In this document: piece after piece, positions 21,246-33,002 of the stretch
Position numbering within the stretch: the first letter of the stretch is position 1
How the letters are laid out: the number at the start of each line of letters is the position of its first letter
NCBI RefSeq assembly: GCF_000372725.1
Contig: NW_005201165.1
Location: 126,853 to 190,852, forward strand
Origin: Emiliania huxleyi CCMP1516
Taxonomy: Eukaryota
DNA length: 64,000 nucleotides
Reading direction: 5' to 3'
Translations under genes and position numbers: made by a program
Notes under the pieces: generated by a model
The model's input: the letters and a program-made list of their open reading frames with translations, nothing else
The model's database searches: none
Told to the model about the DNA's origin: nothing

Positions 21246-24200
21246 CTAGACGGGTGTGTCAGACTCGTGTTCCGGGGAAACGACGCCGCCCTCGCCCGCC
21301 GCGGCGGCCAGAGCGCTCGGCGACGGCGGTGCGGGCGCAGACGCGGGCGCCGGCGCCGGCGCGGCGACTGGCGGGGCTGGCGGAGGCGGCGGCGCCTCTG
21401 GCTGGGGCGGCGGCGGCGCTGCTGGTGGTGGTGGTGGTGGCGCTTCGGGCGGAGCCAGCGGCGCCTCCTCATTCTCATCTGAGCCCGCCAGTTCCTCTGG
21501 CTCGTCCGAGCCGGCGAGCTCCTCCGGCATCGCACCCGCATCGCTCACGTCGATCTCCTCCGGCGGCGGCGCCGGCCAGTCCTGGCTTAGGTGCACGTCG
21601 GTGTCCGCACCGCGGGCAGGGGTTGTATCCAGCCCTGATCCTAACAGGGCTGGGGTGCTGGCAGGGGTAGCGAGGCTGGCAGGGCTGGCGGGGCTGGCGG
21701 CGCCATTCCCGATGGGGGAAACCTGGGGCGCCGCCACACGCGCTGCTGGCTCCTTGAGAGAAGCTGCCTGCTCCTCCTGCCTCTCTGCCGCCTCCTCCTC
21801 TGCCCCGGTCGCGGGGCTCTCGCTGGACCGCGCCAGCGGCTGCTCGACGAGCAATGCCAGGGGCTCCTTCCCCACCCTCGCCTCGGGAGCCGGACCGGGC
21901 GGCGCGCGGCCCGGCGGCGCAGCCTACTCTCACCAGCCATTCCTGAGTCACGAGGCATTCTTTAAGGCGCTTTCGTCCGCCGGCGGAGGCTCCGCCGGTC
22001 GCGTCGCCATTGCCGCCAGTTTTGCCTCGAGCGACTCGAGCTCCGCCCGCAGCGCCGCCGCCTTGGCCGCCTTGGCCGCCTTGGCCTTGTCGGTGATGGT
22101 GGGGTCGCCTGCCGTTTCACCCGGGCCGGAACTTCCCTGCCCGTTCGCGGTGCTGCGGTCGCCCTCGTTGCTCTGGCTCGCCTTCGTGGTGTGCGCGACG
22201 TTACTCGCGAGCTCGACCAGCACCGCGAAGCCCTCGCTGCGGTCGCCCTCGTTGCTCTGGCTCGCCTTCGTGGTGTGCGCGACGTTACTCGCGAGCTCGA
22301 CCAGCACCGCGAAGCCCTCGCCCGCCGCCGCCTCGCCCGCCGCGTCACCCGCAGCGGCGGCGGCGCCTGGCGTCTCCGCTTCCGCCGCCTCCGCCGCCTC
22401 CTCTGCCTGCACCGCCTCGACCGTCGCTCCCTCCTTCGCAGCACCCTCCGCCGCGTCGACGAAGCCGCTCGGTGGAGGCTGCACCGTCAGCGAGAGCGGC
22501 CGCGCGGACCTAAGGAGACGGGTCTGGTGAGCTGGAGCTTGGTGGGGCAAGGGCGAGCACTCGCGTAGCAGAGAGTGCGGGCACGCCTCTGGAGCACGAG
22601 CATCAGCTCCTCCGCAGTGAGGCCGCTCACCTACACCCGAGCAAGGCTCGAGATCTACACGCGATGTGCAACCCAGACCGACCCCTCCTCCCTGGGCCGG
22701 GTGTGCGCACGTCGATGCCGTTGAGCGCGAGCACGGTTGAGGAAGGCGGCACGCCCTGCTCGAGCGCCGCGCAGGCGGTGGCCTCGAGGCAGAGGGCGAG
22801 AGCTGAGTTAGACCGACGGGTGGAGGTATACCCTCATGGAGGGAGGGGGTGTCTCGGCTAGGCTCGGCAGTATGCACCGTGATGATGACGCTGTCGCTTG
22901 GGATGTCGTCCACCAGGACGAGGCCGATCGTCCCGGCGCCAAACGAGAAGGAGAGCGGGGACGGCACCCCCGTCTCGCTGCCATGCGCGGTGCCTCGCCT
23001 ATCTGCAGCAGCGGCGAGCCGGCGCCTCGCCTCGGCCCCGAGCTGGACCGCCTCCGCCGCCACCTCCTTGGCGGAGTCCGCCTGCAGCAGCGGCGCGCCA
23101 CGCCCCCTGGGGCGGGGTTCGGGGGGGGGGCGGGGGGGGGGGCGGTGGTTGGGGTCCTCGACGTTCTATACACGTACACGTCCCGCGGCGTGAGACCGCT
23201 CGCGCGGCAGCGCAAGGGCAGAGTGTGAGTCAGAGTCCGCAAGGCCCGTGCAGGCGCGAGTGTGTGAGCGAGAGCCTGCGCCGCAGCAGCGAGAGGTGGC
23301 GGTAGCACATGAGCAGAGCGCCAACGATGGCCGAGTGTGTGAGCGAGAGCCTGCGCCGCAGCAGCGAGAGGTGGCGGTAGCACATGAGCAGAGCGCCAAC
23401 GATGGCCGCGCCGGCCTGAGCGCACGGGAGGCGCAGCAGTGACGCACTGCACTTGTCGCATGTCTCCACTGTGTCTAGAGAAGTGCCTAAAGTGCCTCCG
23501 TGGCGATGTGTCCCCAGTGTGTGTGCGTGCTGGGGGGTGTCCTCTCGCCAGGTTGGACAGCGCGCTCACGCGGAGGCTCGTCGCGTCCTCCTCGTCCAGA
23601 GTCAGGCCCGCCTCCTCGGCTGCGGCGATGATCGCCTCGTTGACGAGACCGTCCAAGTCCGGGGGCGGCGGGTACGGTGACGGCGGCGGCGAGGGCGGCG
23701 CGGACGGCGGCGGCGGCGGCGGCGGCGGGCTTGGCGGCGGCGGTGGAGGAGGTGGAGGAGGTCGAAGGGGGCTCGGCGGCGGCAGGGGAGACGGTGGGGG
23801 CGGCGGCAGGGGCGGCGGCGGGGGCGGCGGCAGAGGCGACGGTGGAGGCGGTGGAGGCGGTGGAGGCGGTGGAGGCGGTGGAGGCGGTGGAGGCGGCGGG
23901 GTAGACGGTGGAGGCGGTGGAGGCGGTGGAGGCGGTGCAGGTGGTGCAGGTGGAAGCGATGGCGGCCTCGGGGGCGGGGGCGGGGAGGCGATATCAAACA
24001 GATTGGCGAAGCAGCAGCCGAGGCAGTCGCATCCAAACTTGCTAGAGCTGTCGGCGCACGAGTGCGCCCCGATGATAGTGATGCACCTTTGGTCTCGCCA
24101 GTCGGCCGTCTGGTTGGCCCAGCACAACCGCTGGCACGCGGGGGGCGAAACATAGTCCATGCAGCAGCCGCCGCAGTCGCACCCAAGGATGGAAAGCGTT

Positions 24201-24379
24201 TCCGAGCAGGTGAGCGAGTCCAGCAGTTCCACGCAGACTCCGTTTGCGCAGGGCCGGAGACAAGCTTCTGGGTTGAAGGCATGAGCGGATCTGAGGATGA
24301 GGCTGAGGCAGGCCAGCACATTTCCGTTCATGTTCGACATACACGTACTTTTTGATCGTCGCAGAGAGTCGCTGTTCAT
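21246..24379 (-). CDS. Putative type-I membrane protein: signal peptide, two Cys-rich repeats, poly-Pro stalk, TM, PDZ-like domain, low-complexity tail (multi-exon; linkage of parts inferred)
   Basis: 'VLACLSLILRSAHA-FNP' signal-like segment; two CxRxC...GCDCxGCC repeats; TM-like 'AGAAIVGALLMCY'; PDZ-like pieces 'FSFGAGTIGLVL' (~22960-22915) and 'LEQGVPPSSTVLALNGIDVR' (~22763-22705). Confidence 0.55.
22152..22320. repeat. Perfect 84-bp tandem duplication (28 codons)
   Basis: EGFAVLVELASNVAHTTKASQSNEGDRS occurs twice on the minus strand. Confidence 0.95.
23257..23407. repeat. 75-bp tandem duplication
   Basis: CGAGTGTGTGAGCGAGAGCCTGCG...GCCAACGATGGC at 23257 and 23332. Confidence 0.95.
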
Positions 24380-24752
24380 GCCTGCAGGGGATTCTTGATC
24401 GTGGTGTTAAAGGTTGTGACTTCTTACTGTCGTTGCTGTTTCTCGACTGCCTGTGCTTGTGCATCTTGGGTCCGGGGTTGTGTTTTTGTGTGAGCCGGAG
24501 ATTTGAATTCCTACCACACTCTATTCTACTCGACTTCTCTCTGAAGTGTACCTGTGTTAGTGCCAGTGCGCGCCAGTCCCGCCCAGTGTCGTGCGAGGGA
24601 GCTTTCTTGTAAAATTCTCTCCGAAGCCTTTTCCTTTTTCTTCTCCAGCTCAAAATCCCAAGTTCACACCCAATCAAGAGAGTAGAGCACACATGTGTGC
24701 AGCGGCACCAAGCGGGACTGGTACTAGCTAGGTACCCCAAAATTCCCCAGCG

Positions 24753-26224
24753 CTACTTTTTCGTCGGCGCCAGGAACGCCTCCAGCTCCTTTTTCAGCTG
24801 CGCGTTTGTCTTTTTGAGGTAAGCGACCTCCTCGGCGTGCTTGGCCTCCTTCTGGGCCCGCTTCTCGCCCTCCCGCTTCTCGATCGCCTCCGCCTTGGCC
24901 TTGAGCTCCAGCACCTGCGGCAGAGGCAATGCGCACATGAGAGTCACACAAGCCAGCGAACCGCCCCCTCGGACTCTCTGTCCAAAGGCACGCCTGCTCC
25001 TCGAGTCCCCGCTTCTCCTCCTCCAACTGCTCGACGCGCGCCTCCAGGTCCGCTTTGCCCTGCTCCGCCTGCAACGCCTGTTCACACAGCTAGCTGTGTG
25101 AACAGAAACACCGATCGCGGGCCCGCTTCTCTGCAATGAGGTGCCTTGCGCATCCCAAAGGCGATTGACGACTCGTACAGCGTCTGATAGGCAGCGATCG
25201 TCATGCGGATCTCGTCTCGCACGCGCAGCAGCAGCAGGCCGCGCTCCGCGCAGTTGACAGTCACTTGCCGGATCAGCTCGTCTGTCGGGGCATCGGGGAC
25301 GGGTGAACAGCGTCCGGCCCAGTCACTAGCGCTGGCTGGTGGCGGCGGTGCACACCAAAGCACTGCCCGTAGAGCTCTTCCCTCACGGGGCAGATGCCAG
25401 TCTCACGCGCCTGCGCGGCGGGAGGGGCATGCGGCATCGAAGGTTAGGTTGAAGCATCTCGGCCGCCCTCAAATATGGCCGGTACGGTCCATAGCACGGG
25501 GTGCAGGGAGTTCTGGCGTGTGTCTGCACCTGGCGCGCGAGTAGCCGCTGGTCCAATGTCTCCTGCGTGTTGATGACGTCGAGGCGGGTCGCGGGCGTGG
25601 GCGAGACGTACTGCACCCAGAGCTTGCCCTCATCCGTCCACTCGCGCGGCGGCAGGATCGCGTTGAGGATATCCTCAGTCTGAGGGGTGATACGAGAGGG
25701 TTGGTTGTTGGATAGAGAGGGAAAGAGAGAGCAGGGAAGGGAGGAGCGGGACGTAAACGGGAGGCATTGGAGAGGCGATCTCTGCGGAGATCTGCAGCCG
25801 ACGCGGCGGCAGCGTGGAACGGCCACGGTGTTGCTCGAGACTGTTGGAATCGGTATATTCGCTCGTTTATCTCACTCCTTCTCAGAAGGCTCTCGGAAGC
25901 CGCCGCACGCAGGTCATTGGTGTGTGCAGGCTGTGATGTGAAGACGGGGGTTGCCGGAGCGGCTACTGGCTACTTTGGCGATAATAGTGAGGTCGTCAGC
26001 TGCTGCAAGCAGCAAGGGCGAAGCACAAGATAGCAGAGAGATAGATCATCAGCGGAGCACACCTGCGGCATCTTTGACTCGACCGGCGGAAGCTTCTTGC
26101 CGGATCCGGCCTTTGCAAACTTGGCGGGCTTGGCATCGCGAGTCGTGAGCAGAGAGGGGGTGTCGTACTTGATCAGTGATGCATGGGCGGCTCCACCGCC
26201 CGACGGCGGCGGCGGGATCCCCAT
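24753..26224 (-). CDS. DNALI1: Axonemal inner-arm dynein light intermediate chain p28, multi-exon
   Basis: 'SLIKYDTP', 'TEDILNAILPPREWTDEGKLWVQYVSPTPATRLDV', 'ARETGICPVREELY', 'DELIRQVTVNCAERGLLLLRVRDEIRMTIAAYQTLYESSIAFGMRKA', coiled-coil C-terminus ending LAPTKK*. Confidence 0.95.
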
Positions 26225-26475
26225 GTCAAGAGCAGGGGGAGGCGTGCTCTGAAACGACCAGCCCAGTGCCGGGGCGGCCGTTTCACCGGCCGCCGATCAC
26301 GCCTCTCACACGTATCCCGCCGCCGCGCGGGCCGGTACATGCTACGACGAGAGACGCCTCGAAGTGATTCCAAGTGCTCCAAAAGTGCCTCACAAGTCGT
26401 CGCAAGTGCTCCTAACTTATGGACGGAGGTGGGTATAACGAGCGGGTCCCTGTAAGTGAGGTGTGCAAGTTTCGA

Positions 26476-27975
26476 TCACAACCTTCGACAACGTAAAGAA
26501 TGGGAAGAGCGCGAATGGCTCGGCACGTCAGGCCTCGCTAGTACGTCCGCCACCGCCCGCCACCACCTTCGCAAACGCCTCCAGTCGCCGCTTCTCGCGC
26601 TTGATCGCGCGCTGCTGCATGGCAAAATTGCGTGCCTTCCGGTGCATGAAGTACCTACAGAGAGAATTGCAAGGGCAGAAGATCGGGGCATGGTTTGCAG
26701 AGACAGTACGGGCGACTAGAAAGGCACATGATCAGTGGCACCGCGAAGGAGCTAGTCACCAGCACGACGCCTGATAGTCGTCGTGGTTTGGGGTGACCGC
26801 GGTGTGTCGCAGGCTCGATTGTTTCCAGGACATGCTCGCGGCACCTTGCAGCTTGTACCGCATGTCGATCAGGATCAAGAAGCCAAAGGCGATCACCTAT
26901 TCACAGCTGCAAGCTGAGGACAGCGTGTTTCAGGGGAGATTGACTGCATCTGCAACGCGATCACCAGCAGCACGACGGCGAGGATCAGCGATGGGCCGAG
27001 CAGCCGCGTGGTCAGCGCAAAGCACGACATGAACTCCTTGAGCTCCTCCTCGGTGGACACCTGCTCACAGCCATAGGTGTGGAGAGATGCTATTCACCGG
27101 TCGCGATAGTCCTCGGCGAGCACCTTCTTCAGCGCATTGTCCGTCATCACGCAGACGATGGTGACCTGTTCACTGCTGTAGCTGTGAAGAGAAACGCTTC
27201 ACGGAGCAGCAAATCTCGCGTGCTCAGCGCACACTCAGCAGTGTGATGAGGCAGAAGTAGCCACTTATGTAGAAGCCGAACTGTGTGAGCTCGATCATGA
27301 GCCCCGTGCTAATTGGCACGATCTCATTGGCTTTGAAGCCGGCGGCCACAGACGGCTCGGTCAAGCAGCCACCGCTGGCGCCAATGCCTGTGCTGCACTC
27401 GTAGTCGGTGCTTTCGCTCAGGTCGAAGAGTTTTGCGTTGGAAAGCACGTCAAAGATGATGGTGGCGAGCAGCCCGGCGAGAATGGCCATGTTCTGGTTG
27501 GCGGAGGAGGAACACGCGGTGGGCTGGATGGTGGCGTCAGTGAATCGGTGGTAGTGCGTCAGGGGGCGCCTGGTAATAGCTCGCGAGTCGCTCCATCGTA
27601 TCGCCAAAGCCGACGCCGGCGAGCAAATCGTTCCATTCGGCGTGCTCCGCGCTCTTGGCTATCACGTTGCTCGACGAGGGAAGTTCCATCCCCTTGGCAG
27701 CTTGCTTCCAGCGGCTCTGGGCTGCCGCATGCTGCGCTGCCGAGTGCCTGGAGAAGATTGCCCCCGTAAGCGGTTGCGGAGATCAGACCCGGCGTGTCGC
27801 GTGTGTGCGCATATATGAGTGCGCCGTCCATGCTAGCGAATATACAAACTTAAACTTTGCGCCTGGGCGATGCATCCTCGTCCTGGGTGTCAACCTGGGT
27901 GTCGGCACCTGCCCTGCCTTCTTCGGCCACGAGCGGCGGCTCGTCCGCCACTCGTTTTAAGTCCCGCTTGAACAT
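26476..27975 (-). CDS. Hypothetical multi-pass membrane protein, multi-exon (boundaries uncertain)
   Basis: Hydrophobic coding-like segments 'NMAILAGLLATIIFDVLS', 'FGFYISGYFCLITLLSV' and 'IAFGFLILIDMRY'; no family recognised. Confidence 0.4.
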
Positions 27976-28706
27976 GGGTGCCGAGCTACGCAGAGAGTGC
28001 CGCGGGGGCCCAGCCGGCCATGGTCTGTTACAGCTTGCGCGCTTTATTTTCTGCGTGGCGCCCCCCCAGACCCCCGCACACCCGCCGCGCGCGGTTTTGG
28101 GGTGATGCTCTGCGGCCCCGGCGCGCGTCCAAAAAAGATTTTCGCTTTTGATTTCCTGTTCTCTGATCCCGAAAAATCCGTGCCACGCCGCCCTTGCCCT
28201 TTAGCCCGCCGTCCCCCCTCCCTGCCGTCCGTTACCACCGTGCCGCCATACCGCCGCTCCTACAGTGCCGCGCCCGCCGTGCCGTTTGTCCCGTCGTCCG
28301 ATGCCCCGCCTGCCGTCTGTTGCCGCCGCTCTGCCTTACCACCGACCCTTACCGTGCCGCGCCGCCTTTACACACACCTTACCTCCTGCTCGACTGAGTT
28401 TGCGCTGAGAAGTGACCCGAGCCGCCGGGTGCCCCGCAGCGGCCTCGCTGGACCAGAAGAACCGGTCCGCGAGTGCTCCGCAGCAACCTCGCTGAGCCAG
28501 AACGTCGGCTCGCGAGGTGGGGTGCTAGTATGAGACCGATCCGTCGCAGTTCTCTTGCTCCAAGCGCTTGCGCTTCGGCGGTTAGTGGTGCACTAACCTC
28601 CGAGAAACCCTTCGGGTCGCTCCTCATCGCAAACCCTGTCAGCAGAGTCCTCCTACGGGAATGTACGTAAGAGCCACATACACTAAAAAAAAGAGCAGTG
28701 TGGGAC

Positions 28707-29008
28707 AAACTGGCAGCATAAATAAATAAATAAAACGGACACACCAAACAAGGGGTGGGAGAAGGACAGGGTCCCCACCTGCGCGAGCAGGATCTTGTAA
28801 GGACGATCAGGGACACAGGGGAAGGGGAGCGGGGAGCGCATCGTGACTCGGAGGGGGGCTGGGCAGGGTTGGTTCACCCACACGACAGGGTCCAAACTGG
28901 CAGCAAAAAGAAAGAAAGAAAGAAAATAGACAACCCGAGAGAGGGATGGGAGGACGGCACGCCGCCACCACACAGGGATTTTAAGGAGAGGTGTGTAAAC
29001 TGGCAGCA
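28707..29008 (-). mobile_element. Two tandem short retroposon 3'-end copies separated and flanked by three copies of AAACTGGCAGCA
   Basis: 12-mer at 28707-28718, 28894-28905 and 28997-29008. Insert A (28719-28893) has a (TTTA)n tail and insert B (28906-28996) a (TTTC)n tail. A matches the 6.6 kb and 44 kb copies; B matches the 44 kb copy. Confidence 0.8.
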
Positions 29009-29109
29009 AAGAACGCCGCCGTTTGCTTCTTTTCCCTTTCCTGAAACGAACCGCGCGGTCCCGCCCCCAGGCGTCTCTCTGCTGATTTCGTGCCTGGCCT
29101 CGATTGCCA

Positions 29110-29272
29110 ATATACGCCTATGCCTGAAGACGAGGGTGGCTGGGACGTGGAGTCGCTCCTGCCGTACACGCCCCCCAGCTGGGTGGAGGTGAGGGGCTCG
29201 AGCCGTGGCAGCTTTCGCGTTCAATGTGAAGGTATGCCTGCCCTGTTTGCCATCACCTGGGCTCAAGAATAG
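29110..29272 (+). pseudogene. Degenerate chromodomain-like fragment
   Basis: 'GWDVESLL...RGSFRVQCEGMP...ITW' resembles the chromodomain consensus (W/Y)EVE.IL...YLVKWEGY...TW and ends in a stop. Confidence 0.3.
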
Positions 29273-31200
29273 GCGGCGCTATGTGACTCACCCGGCGAGG
29301 CCTCTCACGACCCGACGCATAGGCGTGGACTCCATCGCCGGCCTCCAGTGGCTTGTCCACGAGAGGCTGATGCTGCAGCCCAACCAAGGCGCGAGGGCCT
29401 CATCTGCTGTCTCTCAACTCTCCCTGCTACCTATCTACACCCCGCTGCCCCAATGGCCGCGCTGCTTCTCGGCTCGCTTGACTCTATCATCACAGCCTCA
29501 CACGTCCCTGCTGCCGCCGATCCCTGCCACTGCCTCTCCACTCTCCCTCGCTCGCCCCACGCTGTCACCCTCGCTTGCCGTGCTTTCCTGAGGCGTCCGG
29601 CTGAGCCACTGGGGGCGTGAGTGCCGCGGCGAGGAGACGTTCCGCTCGCTCTCGCTGCAGACGGGCGCCAAGTTTGAGATGGCGCTGCTCCTTCAACGCG
29701 CTCCTGACGCGCAGCTCGCCCGTGGCCCCAGATGCTAGACTCAAGTATCTCTCACTTGGATTGCGAATCGCCTGCCCGACGTCTGTTCGATTACACGTCA
29801 CGACTCCGCTCGTCTGTCGTCCATGTAGGCACGCGTCCGAATTGCATGCAGCGCCCTCCGCACGCGGCAGGCCATCCCGTTTGGATCCGTAGCCCTTGCA
29901 GCCCAGCTGCTGTAGCGAGAGAGCCGCCTCTCTCCGTCCCTGCCCTCTCTTGTGCTCTATCCGACATGGCCCTCGAGACAGCTGCTCCGGCCCTGAGCGT
30001 TGCCCCGATCCCGACCGTAGTACGCTGTTGACGCGGCGACGACAGTTCTGCAACTCAAAACGCTGATCGAGTCGGGAGCAAAGGCAGCCACTACTTATCT
30101 ATCGGGACCCCCTACAGCTAGTCTGCGTGCCATCACAGTACGTCTGCGTCGCGGTGACCGCTACTTCCCACCGCAGCCACCCGTCCCACTACCTCCGCTT
30201 CATAGGAGGGCGACCACAGGTGGTATGACCACCTCGGCTCGCCCGTCGACGCTCGAGGCTGCACGGTGATCGCCGCAGCGACGGCCGCCGGGGACGCCAA
30301 GGCCGGCACGGCGACGGTACGGCTGGGGGAGGAGTTCGTCAAGGCGGGGGGGGGGGGCGAGGTAAGGATGCCACTAAGCCCGCCTATCCCGCCCTTGCCG
30401 TGAGCTCAGTTGGTAGCCCAGCCCCTGCCCACCATACTCGTGTGTGGGGGGACCATCAGGTGCGGCGAGCCAACTCTGGTACGAAGTGCTCCGTGCCGGA
30501 CTCGCTCCTCGTGCCTGTTGCCCCCGCGCTAGCGCCGAGCCGACAGAGCCTCTACTATCGCGGCAGGCGGCTCGCGGACGAGGAGCGCCTGACCGAAGCT
30601 GGAGTCTTACAGGTGTAAGAGACGCTCCCCCTCTCCCAGTTCGAGCACCAAACGTCAAGACGATTCCGTTTCTGGGGATGTACTCTCACCCTTTTCGGTC
30701 CGCCCCGGCAGGATGACGAGCTTATTCTCGAGTTTGAGAGCCCGTGCATGCCCGACGTGCTGCGGCGGCTTAGGGAGGGCGGGGGCAAGAAGGGCAAGAA
30801 GGCAGAGGGTAAGAAGGGGGAGGCGAAAGGCAAGTCTGGGAAGAAGAAGAAGAAGGGAAATGGCTAGCGCGATATGCACTACCCATCGCTCGCCGCTTCC
30901 TACATAATCCTGGCAGCGCGGGCGTATACTCATGTGTGTTTTGCGCCGGCGTGTGTGTGGCTGTGTGGGGTGGGGTGGGGTGTCGAGATGCGACTCTTGA
31001 GCGCGAGTACCGAGAGGCGAGAGCGAGAGTGACGAGATGTCCGTGTCTCGTGTGTATGGACACTATTCATTGAGCTCTCTTCGTCCGTACAGGATTACTC
31101 AGTCTCTGCACACCACACGACGACAAGAGTCCTGCGTGTCGCCGCGCATAATCTATCGCCGAAGTTTACAGCTCTCTCCGCGAAGCTGGCCACAGCGCGG

Positions 31201-33002
31201 TCAGTCCGGCTCGCCGCTTCCTTCGCCGCTGCCCTCCTCGCCGCTCTCCGGCCAGCCCCCCACCACGCCTCCCGCCACCAGCCCGAGCGTGACCCACGTG
31301 CCGAGCGTCGACACGACGATCGCGACGACGCCCGTCCACTGCGTCACTGCCTGCCGCTCGCTCTCAGGGAAGGGGTCGCCGGCGATGCGGTAGAGCAGCG
31401 GCGAGAAGAGCCCGTCCGCGAAGCGTGCCACGGTCGCGGAGACGAGCAAGGCGGCGCGCGCACCGGTCGAGGAGCCGAGGGGCCGCCAGCCGGCGCAGAG
31501 GGCGGAGATGGCGACCAGCGGGAGCAGCTCGCACGCGAGCGCCGGCGCGAGGCGGACGGCGCGGTCGGGCACGTACGCCGAGAGCGTGGCGCCGGCGAAG
31601 ACGGCGAGCAGCGAGACCTCGACCGTCAACGCCTGCAGCTCGCCTGCGTGCCCGTCCTCGTGCGCTTGCTGCGCGCTGGCGGCGGTGCCATCCTCGCTGG
31701 CTGCGCGCGCCGCAGCGTACGGCATGAGAGAGCGGAGAAAGATCCAGCAGACGAGCTGGAGGATGGCGTTGACGGCGGCGACGCGCACGACGTGGGGGTG
31801 GAGCGCGAACCACGGCAGGAAGCCGCCGCAGCCGCGCGCCCTGCGGCACCACCTCGCGCAGCGCGACCCGCTCGCCCGTCGGAGGATCAGGTCGCTCTGC
31901 TGCACGTGACGCATGCTCGCCATCCCGTCTCCCGCAACCGGCTGCCTCGCCCGTCGGCCGCCCTCGCCTCGGCTGGCGCTGCACTCGGCGGCGGGGCGCG
32001 AAGAGTGCCGGTTCCGCCGCCGCCGCAGCAGCGCATACGCGGCGGCGCCGAGTCCGACGAGGGTCGCGACGACGGCGAAGAAAACGCTGACGGAGAAGCG
32101 CTGCTCGGGCGAGCCCGGCATCTGGAGGAAGCCGACGAGCGAGCAGATGACGGCGCCGAAGTTGGAGCCCGCCATAGTCCACGAGACGGCGGCGCTGTCT
32201 GTGCCGCCCTCCTGCACCCACGGCACGACGGCGAGCTGCTGGAAGTTGCCGGAGAAGGTCGAGAGGAAGGAGACGGCGTAGAGGGCCGCGGAAGTGCCGC
32301 CCCAAGTCACCCTCCACGCGGCGGCCCCGAGCACCGCCGCGCCCATCTGCCCGGCGAGCGCCAGCCACACCCACCGCCCGAGGGGCCAGCGTAGCTGCCG
32401 CTGGAAGGCGTAGAAGAGCGGCACGACGGCGGTGCTGCCGATGGTGCCGGCAGTGCCGAGGGCCGTCGCGAGCGCGAGGCCCTCGGGCTGCACCTGGCCC
32501 ATCCTTGCAACCTCGATCATCGTCGCGTCGACGAGAGTCCAACCCGAGCCTGCGGGAGGGAGGCGGAGGAGGCTGTGAGAGGCGTCTGGCCGAGTCCCGA
32601 TGCGAGGACGTTTAGAGCATCTGGTGACGGTGGGACCGAGAGAGAGAGGGAGGGAGGGAGGGAGGGAGAGAGCGAGCGAGCGAGCGAGCGAGAGAGAGAG
32701 AGAGAGCGAAGAGCGAGAGCGAGCGAGCGAGCGAGCGAGCGAGAGAGAGAGAGAGAGAGAGAGAGACCGAGTCCGAAGATGAGGTAGAGGAGAGCCTCGT
32801 AGCCTCCGCCTTTGCCGTCACCGCAGTCCAGACAGCGATCTGGAGCGTCGGCCGGCGGCTCTGCGGCGGCGGAAGGCCCAGCGGACGACAGCGCGGCGGC
32901 AGCGGCGGGGTCCGAGGGTGTGTGCGAGGACGAAGCAGCTTGGTGCGCACACTCGACTTGGATCGCAGAGGTGCGGAGCATGGGCTTCGTCTGGCGCGGC
33001 AT
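31201..33002 (-). CDS. SLC52-like (riboflavin transporter family) membrane protein, at least 2 exons; intron contains a CT/CTCG microsatellite
   Basis: 'LLYLIFGL' | 'GSGWTLVDATMIEV...QPEGLALAT' parallels the SLC52 N-terminus (FG.GSW...G.W.E....PEGW.L). Also 'QRFSVSVFF' and multiple TM helices. Confidence 0.65.
32638..32766. repeat. Compound (GA)n/(GAGC)n/(GAGG)n microsatellite
   Basis: Read directly. Confidence 0.95.

Noticed and set aside
28707..29008. Three 12-bp repeats with unique inserts as a CRISPR array
   Set aside because: The repeats are too short, and the inserts are unequal in length and recognisable retroposon 3' ends; TSDs explain it better.
29600..30350. Possible DNA methyltransferase or other TE gene downstream of the chromodomain-like fragment
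   Set aside because: No ordered set of catalytic motifs could be identified in any frame.
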